From assembly GCF_000026545.1 (NCBI RefSeq), contig NC_011601.1: a DNA stretch of 64,000 nt. The stretch is one strand, 5' to 3'. The notes below the pieces were generated by a model. It saw nothing but the letters and a program-made list of their open reading frames with translations. It did no database searches and was not told the origin of the DNA. Of the stretch, positions 58,351 through 64,000 are shown piece by piece; the first letter of the stretch is position 1; each line of letters begins with the position of its first letter. The stretch is from Escherichia coli O127:H6 str. E2348/69. Its GTDB lineage: Bacteria; Pseudomonadota; Gammaproteobacteria; Enterobacterales; Enterobacteriaceae. The translations under genes and the position numbers were made by a program.

Positions 58351-58973
58351 TGACACCGTGGCTACTCTTTGGCGCAGGCGGAAAAGGTGTGGGTGCCAGA
58401 ACGCTTGAACTGGCGCTGGCGGAACAACGTCCGGTCGTTGCTGTCATTCGTCATGCCAATGCCGCCATGAAACTGGCGCAACAAGGCGTACAGGTTTTTA
58501 CAGGCGACGCCTGTGATGCCAGCGTAGTCGCGGCTGCTTGCCGCGCAGCTGGCCCGGATGCGCTTATCATCTCAACAATGGGCGGAGCTCAGGATTATCT
58601 GGCGCACAGAACAGTGATTGATGAGGCCGAGAAGGCTGGCATCAGTCGCATGATTCTGGTGACCTCTTTGGGATGCAGCGATAGCTGGCCGTTTTTATCA
58701 GAGCGGGCAAAGGCTGCGTTTGGTCAGGCGGTACGGGAAAAAACGCTGGCGGAAACCTGGTTGCAAACCAGCCAGCTTGATTATGCCATTCTCCGCCCCG
58801 GCGGTCTGCTTGATGGTGCGGCAACGGGCAAAGCACAACGGATACAAAATCAGGAGTGTCATGGTTTTGTTAACCGTGCTGATGTCGCCGCACATATCCA
58901 TGAACTGGCAAATGCGCCAGCACTTAACCAGCAGGTCTACAGTCTGATTGAACCGGACCTGAAACCGGCGTGA
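58350..58973 (+). CDS. chuY: NAD(P)H-dependent anaerobilin reductase ChuY (Rossmann fold)
   Basis: 207 aa MTPWLLFGAGGKGVGART... glycine-rich dinucleotide loop. Confidence 0.9.
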   Translation: MTPWLLFGAGGKGVGARTLELALAEQRPVVAVIRHANAAMKLAQQGVQVFTGDACDASVVAAACRAAGPDALIISTMGGAQDYLAHRTVIDEAEKAGISRMILVTSLGCSDSWPFLSERAKAAFGQAVREKTLAETWLQTSQLDYAILRPGGLLDGAATGKAQRIQNQECHGFVNRADVAAHIHELANAPALNQQVYSLIEPDLKPA

Positions 58974-59021
58974 TCCCCCGGCGCGGCATATCCGCGCCGT
59001 AATGTCGTAACGGAGTTTTGC

Positions 59022-60014
59022 GTGCTCAAGGATTCACTCTCTTCCGCCAGGATCTTTATGGGGCTATCACTATTATTGCTCGCTCTGGTGCTGTTCAGTG
59101 CCAGTCAGGGAGCGTTAAAGATCAGTTTTGATGCCCTTTTTGATGAGGAATACCGCGATATCTGGCTCAATATTCGTCTACCACGGGTTTTGCTGGCGGT
59201 GCTGGTAGGTGCAGCGTTGGCAACCGCAGGGGTAATTATGCAGGGGCTTTTTCGCAACCCAATGGCTGACCCTGGATTACTTGGCGTCAGTAGCGGTTCT
59301 GCATTAATGGTTGGCGTTGCTATTGTGCTGCCCTTCTCCTTCCCAGTGGTGCTGGTGCTCTATGAGCAAATGGTGTTTGCCATTGCCGGAAGTTTAGTGG
59401 TCTGCACCATCATTTTTCTCATCACGCAGCGCCATCGCGATGGCAGCATGATGCAATTATTACTCGCCGGTATCGCCATCAATGCCCTGTGCGGCGCAGC
59501 GATCGGCATCCTGAGCTATATCGGCGATGAGCAGCAGCTACGACAACTCACATTGTGGATGATGGGCAATCTTGGACAGGCGCAATGGCCGACGTTATTG
59601 GTTGCCAGTTCATTCATCCTACCGGCCATTATCGCAACAACTTGTCTCGCCGGAACGCTGAATTTACTGCAGCTCGGTGATGAAGAAGCCCACTACCTCG
59701 GCGTGAACGTGAAGCGTAAACGCCAGCAATTACTGTTAGTGAGCTCACTGCTCGTTGGTGCTGCCGTATCGGTAAGCGGCATTATCGGCTTTATTGGCCT
59801 GGTGATCCCGCATCTGATTCGCATGACTACCGGGGCAAATCACCGCTGGCTAATCCCTTGTTCCGCCCTCGCCGGAGCCTGTTTATTGCTGATGGCAGAC
59901 ACGCTTGCCCGCACGCTGGTACAGCCAGCAGAAATGCCCGTGGGATTATTAACCAGCCTGCTTGGTGGCCCTTATTTTATGTGGTTGATTCTGCGCAACC
60001 GGAGGATCACATGA
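59022..60014 (+). CDS. chuU: haem ABC transporter permease ChuU (FecCD family)
   Basis: 330 aa hydrophobic protein; non-ATG start in ORF track; 4-nt overlap with chuV start. Confidence 0.88.
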   Translation: MLKDSLSSARIFMGLSLLLLALVLFSASQGALKISFDALFDEEYRDIWLNIRLPRVLLAVLVGAALATAGVIMQGLFRNPMADPGLLGVSSGSALMVGVAIVLPFSFPVVLVLYEQMVFAIAGSLVVCTIIFLITQRHRDGSMMQLLLAGIAINALCGAAIGILSYIGDEQQLRQLTLWMMGNLGQAQWPTLLVASSFILPAIIATTCLAGTLNLLQLGDEEAHYLGVNVKRKRQQLLLVSSLLVGAAVSVSGIIGFIGLVIPHLIRMTTGANHRWLIPCSALAGACLLLMADTLARTLVQPAEMPVGLLTSLLGGPYFMWLILRNRRIT

Positions 60015-60781
60015 TCAGCGCCCAGAATCTGGTTTATAGCCTTCAGGGGCGGCGTCTGACTGATAATGTCTCGCTGACTTTTCCCGGTGGGGAAATTGTT
60101 GCCATCCTCGGCCCTAATGGTGCGGGAAAATCTACGCTGCTTCGCCAGCTAACCGGCTATCTTCAACCTGATAGCGGCGAATGTTGGTTGTTTAATAAGC
60201 CATTAAATGAATGGTCGATTACTGAACTGGCGAAACACCGGGCCGTGATGCGTCAAAATAGCCACATGGCGTTTCCATTCAGCGTACAAGAAGTTATCCA
60301 GATGGGGCGGCATCCGCATCGTACTGGTAATCAGGATAATGAAACAGCACAAATAATGGCGTTATGTGACTGTCAGGCGTTAGCAAACCGCGACTATCGG
60401 CAATTATCCGGTGGTGAACAACAGCGCGTGCAATTAGCGCGCCTGCTGGTGCAACTCTGGGAACCTACTCCCTCACCGAAATGGTTATTTCTTGATGAAC
60501 CAACTTCGGCGCTGGATATTCACCATCAGCAGCACTTGTTTCGTTTATTACGCCAGTTAGTTCACGAACGGCAGTTCAATGTTTGCTGCGTATTGCACGA
60601 TCTAAATCTTGCCGCGCGTTATGCAGACCGTGTTGTATTAATGCAAAAAGGAAAGGTTATCGCAAATGGTAAGCCGCAGGACGTATTGACACAGCAGGCG
60701 CTGACAATGCTCTACGGCGCGGATATTACCGTACTTAAAGATCCTGCCAACCATTCACCACTGATCGTCCTCGATCATTAA
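60011..60781 (+). CDS. chuV: haem ABC transporter ATPase ChuV
   Basis: 256 aa from [16 protein letters not shown]; Walker [18 protein letters not shown]; ORF track upstream extension rejected. Confidence 0.92.
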   Translation: MISAQNLVYSLQGRRLTDNVSLTFPGGEIVAILGPNGAGKSTLLRQLTGYLQPDSGECWLFNKPLNEWSITELAKHRAVMRQNSHMAFPFSVQEVIQMGRHPHRTGNQDNETAQIMALCDCQALANRDYRQLSGGEQQRVQLARLLVQLWEPTPSPKWLFLDEPTSALDIHHQQHLFRLLRQLVHERQFNVCCVLHDLNLAARYADRVVLMQKGKVIANGKPQDVLTQQALTMLYGADITVLKDPANHSPLIVLDH

Positions 60782-60787
60782 AACCAA

Positions 60788-60812
60788 CAGGAGTACCGCC
60801 CTGGTACTCCTG
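60788..60812. terminator. hairpin between convergent chuV and yhiD
   Basis: caggagtacc gccct ggtactcctg perfect 10-bp stem; weak U-tract. Confidence 0.45.
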
Positions 60813-60832
60813 CGAATAAATAACTATACAGA

Positions 60833-61480
60833 TTAGCTAATTGAAACGCCTTTCACCCCTGCCATACCTTTTAATAATCGCAACAGATCTTCTATCGACG
60901 TTGTGGCATGAAGCTGGATATCAATGGCGACCACTTCATGATCTTCATTTTCCTGCAACGAAACTAAATCCGTTTTTATTTTTTGCTGCTTAAACCAGTC
61001 GAGCATTGATACCGTATTACCGTTCACTAATGTCAGCTGTAAATGGTAATTTTTGTTCATCAGGCGGAAGGTTAATTGATGGAAGACTTCCAGCACCAGC
61101 AAGGTCATCACTGAACCATAAATACCCAGTTCGTACATACCGCTGCCAATAACCATACCAATGGCTGCGGTCACCCAGATATCCGCTGCCGTCGTCAGAC
61201 CTACAATATTTTGGTTACGAACGAGAATGTTACCTGCACCGATAAACCCGACGCCCGTCACAACCTGAGCAGCAATACGGCTGGGATCCAGTCCGACGTG
61301 ACCTAAAGACAGCACGTCAGCAAAACCATATTTCGAAACAATCATAAACAGGGCGCTTCCCATGCCAATTAATACATGTGTACGTAACCCTGCTCCTTTG
61401 CCGCGCATTTGCCTTTCCATGCCAATAGCGCCACAGGCAATTACCGCAAGTATAAGTCGTATAATAAATTCTGCTGTCAT
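60833..61480 (-). CDS. yhiD: MgtC-family inner membrane protein YhiD
   Basis: 215 aa from MTAEFIIRLILAVIACGAIGMERQMRGKGAGLRTH. Confidence 0.93.
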   Translation of the reverse strand: MTAEFIIRLILAVIACGAIGMERQMRGKGAGLRTHVLIGMGSALFMIVSKYGFADVLSLGHVGLDPSRIAAQVVTGVGFIGAGNILVRNQNIVGLTTAADIWVTAAIGMVIGSGMYELGIYGSVMTLLVLEVFHQLTFRLMNKNYHLQLTLVNGNTVSMLDWFKQQKIKTDLVSLQENEDHEVVAIDIQLHATTSIEDLLRLLKGMAGVKGVSIS

Positions 61481-61543
61481 ATAAAAATGCAAAAAGGAGC
61501 AGCAAGATGGCTCAACTTGCTACTCCTTTTTACTTGTACCTTA

Positions 61544-61870
61544 TTAATTCGGCAAGTCATTAGATGCTTGATTTTTGAAGGTATACAAATTTTTCTGCGG
61601 GTTTTTCTTGCAGTATTCGATCACTTTAGGAATTTGAGTGAGATCGGTTTCATTTAAAGTAACGGTATCGCCACCTTTATATACTGTTTCTTCATGCAGC
61701 ATCCACCACGCAACTGGTGTCATTGCTTTTGGATTCAGATCAATAAATTCCTGGCAGGTCATATCTTTAGCGGATTCATTGGCTGCCAGCGCAGATTGTG
61801 CGTTCACCAGTGACAAAGCCGCTACAGCGCCCATAAAAATAAACGCTTTACGGAGAGATGAAATGTTCAT
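61544..61870 (-). CDS. hdeB: periplasmic acid-stress chaperone HdeB
   Basis: 108 aa from MNISSLRKAFIFMGAVAALSLVNAQSALA. Confidence 0.94.
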   Translation of the reverse strand: MNISSLRKAFIFMGAVAALSLVNAQSALAANESAKDMTCQEFIDLNPKAMTPVAWWMLHEETVYKGGDTVTLNETDLTQIPKVIEYCKKNPQKNLYTFKNQASNDLPN

Positions 61871-61985
61871 TTTGTAACCCATTCAATATAGAGATTATAT
61901 ACAAACAGGAGGAATAGCTGCTTTTAAAGAAGATATTCCGGCCTGTTCAATATGCAAGGAAATACGATGTAACGCATTCCCGGAA

Positions 61986-62318
61986 TTACATATCTTTCTT
62001 AATTTTGTCCCATTCGCCTTTAACTTTATCTTTAAAGCTGGCTTTTTTATCCTGAGTACAAGCCTGAACGATAGCTGGGGTTACGGTTGCAATACCCTGA
62101 ACATCTAAAACCGCATCTTCTGGTTTATCTTTGTTGTTCAGTGCTTCAGCAAAACCAACTGCAGTTGGCTGGAAGGATTCGTCCACAGCCAGGAAATCTT
62201 CACAGGTCCAGGAGTTGACCGGTTTTTTGTTATCAGCTGCTTTTTGTGCATCCGCTGCATTGCTCACTACTGGCAGAAGAAGCAGACCACCAAGAATAAC
62301 GCCTAATACTTTTTTCAT
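61986..62318 (-). CDS. hdeA: periplasmic acid-stress chaperone HdeA
   Basis: 110 aa MKKVLGVILGGLLLLPVVSNAADAQKAADNKKPVNSWTCEDF... Confidence 0.96.
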   Translation of the reverse strand: MKKVLGVILGGLLLLPVVSNAADAQKAADNKKPVNSWTCEDFLAVDESFQPTAVGFAEALNNKDKPEDAVLDVQGIATVTPAIVQACTQDKKASFKDKVKGEWDKIKKDM

Positions 62319-62572
62319 CGTAATATCCTCAACTATAAAGTGAAAGAGCCGTCACGAATCAATTTCGACACTGAGGTTATAACCTGGTTTTCTGTATATG
62401 TCATGTTGATGGAAAATATCAAAATCAGATATTTTTATTTCAATACAATGAGTTACAGATGCATCAGATACTGTAATTAGGAAATTTTTATTAAATCGAC
62501 TGCATTCTTAGACGCGTTTTTGGCATAGATTGATAGCAGGGGATTTTCTTCTTAATTTTATAGGGTGGTTCT

Positions 62573-63145
62573 ATGTTATATATAGATAAGGCAACAATTT
62601 TGAAGTTTGATCTGGAGATGCTTAAAAAACATCGCAGAGCAATCCAGTTTATTGCCGTGCTGCTGTTTATCGTCGGGTTGCTGTGTATCAGTTTTCCGTT
62701 CGTCTCTGGCGACATTTTAAGCACAGTAGTGGGTGCATTATTAATCTGCTCGGGCATTGCGCTTATTGTCGGGCTATTCAGCAACCGCAGTCATAATTTC
62801 TGGCCGGTATTATCCGGTTTCCTCGTCGCAGTCGCCTATTTATTGATCGGCTATTTCTTCATCCGTGCACCAGAGCTGGGCATTTTTGCCATTGCGGCAT
62901 TTATTGCCGGTTTGTTCTGTGTGGCAGGGGTTATTCGCCTGATGAGTTGGTATCGTCAGCGTTCAATGAAAGGCAGTTGGCTACAGCTCGTTATTGGTGT
63001 GCTGGATATCGTCATTGCCTGGATATTCCTTGGTGCTACGCCGATGGTGTCGGTAACGCTGGTTTCCACACTGGTGGGAATTGAACTGATATTTAGCGCC
63101 GCCAGTCTGTTCAGCTTCGCCAGTTTGTTCGTTAAAAAGCAATAA
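62573..63145 (+). CDS. hdeD: acid-resistance membrane protein HdeD
   Basis: 190 aa MLYIDKATILKFDLEMLKKHRRAIQFIAVLLFIVGLL... Confidence 0.94.
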   Translation: MLYIDKATILKFDLEMLKKHRRAIQFIAVLLFIVGLLCISFPFVSGDILSTVVGALLICSGIALIVGLFSNRSHNFWPVLSGFLVAVAYLLIGYFFIRAPELGIFAIAAFIAGLFCVAGVIRLMSWYRQRSMKGSWLQLVIGVLDIVIAWIFLGATPMVSVTLVSTLVGIELIFSAASLFSFASLFVKKQ

Positions 63146-63161
63146 TTATCCCTATTTCCAC

Positions 63162-63196
63162 CTGGATCATAGTCACATTAAGTGACTATGATCCAG
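63162..63196. repeat. perfect 15-bp inverted repeat immediately downstream of hdeD
   Basis: ctggatcatagtcac attaa gtgactatgatccag. Confidence 0.6.
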
Positions 63197-63943
63197 TTAA
63201 TACTCTCTTAGCTATACAGTGTTTCAGTTCAATTACGCACTATCATTGAAACAATTGCCTGCTGTTGATTATTTCAACCTACTGAATTTAATCTGATTTT
63301 TTTCGTTCCATGGCAAATTAGCCATTTCAAACATTATCATGGCTGATATTTTCCGTGGTCAGGTTTAATGTTTTAAAAGTGCTGTGGGAAAGTGAACAAA
63401 GAGTTCCGTAAGCGTTGATGCTATGGGCGGTTAAATAAGCAATCCGGGTTCATTTTTTTGCAACTGGCGTTGATTACATTGCATAAATATCCGTGTCTCC
63501 AGACGCTATATAAAAACCTGAAGACATGAATGAGTTATTTAATCAGGTAATTTTAATGCGTTAAAAGAAAGCTGGCAATCCAATTGCCAGCCTAAGTCGA
63601 AACAAGGAGACTCGATATTTAAATCGGATTACATTTTAACTTTAGTAATATTCTTCAGAGATCACAAACTGGTTATTGATAACTTATTCTTGGGCAGCAA
63701 TCCGCAAAAGTTAACCTTTTGTTTACTAGTTACAAATTGATAACAACCAGGAATCTTACTTAGGACCAATATATGGAGTGCGTGATGGATAAATCTGAAG
63801 TATTGATTAGTGTTAATAGACGTATTAGTTCACGAAGGGCAAAGTTCTTATAGGCGTTTACTATATTGAACAACGATTCGGACAAGGATGTAAATAATGG
63901 AAAGGATGACATGTTCGAAACGATAACGGCTAAGGAGCAAGTT

Positions 63944-64000
63944 ATGATTTTTCTCATGACGAAAGATTCTTTTCTTTTACAGGGCTTTTGGCAGTTGAAA
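63944..64000 (+). CDS. gadE: acid-resistance transcriptional activator GadE (first 19 codons; gene runs off the window end)
   Basis: ATG at 63944 then MIFLMTKDSFLLQGFWQLK; preceded by the long AT-rich regulatory region expected for gadE. Confidence 0.85.
   Translation, partial: MIFLMTKDSFLLQGFWQLK

Noticed and set aside
59858-60010. N-terminal extension of chuV in the ORF track (start at 59858)
   Set aside because: Extension overlaps chuU in another frame; the ATG at 60011 gives the ABC ATPase N-terminus and an ATGA overlap with the chuU stop

Overview
This window is Escherichia coli chromosome, running from the start of ugpB to the start of gadE, and the strain is clearly not K-12. The conserved backbone is: ugpB (partial), livFGMHK, panM, livJ, rpoH, ftsXEY, rsmD, yhhL, yhhM, yhhN, zntA, tusA, yhhQ, dcrB, yhhS, yhhT, acpT, nikABCDE-nikR, yhhJ-rbbA-yhiI, yhiM, yhiN, pitA, uspB, uspA, dtpB, rsmJ, prlC, rlmJ, gor, dinQ-agrAB, arsC, slp, dctR, yhiD, hdeB, hdeA, hdeD and gadE (partial). 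All gene identifications and all comparisons to K-12 are from memory of the proteins and gene order, not from a database search. The accessory content, in order of interest: (1) a two-gene HicA-like/HicB-like toxin-antitoxin cassette between nikR and yhhJ, where K-12 carries the rhsB element; this is the best candidate for an under-described system. (2) An intact IS50-like insertion sequence between zntA and tusA, with terminal inverted repeats and a 9-bp target-site duplication. (3) The chu haem-uptake island (chuS-chuA, chuTWXYUV) inserted between dctR and yhiD, with Fur boxes. (4) An ars locus reduced to arsC alone. (5) yhiJ/yhiL absent and a decayed AT-rich yhiS-like stretch. No tRNA, rRNA or CRISPR array was seen.
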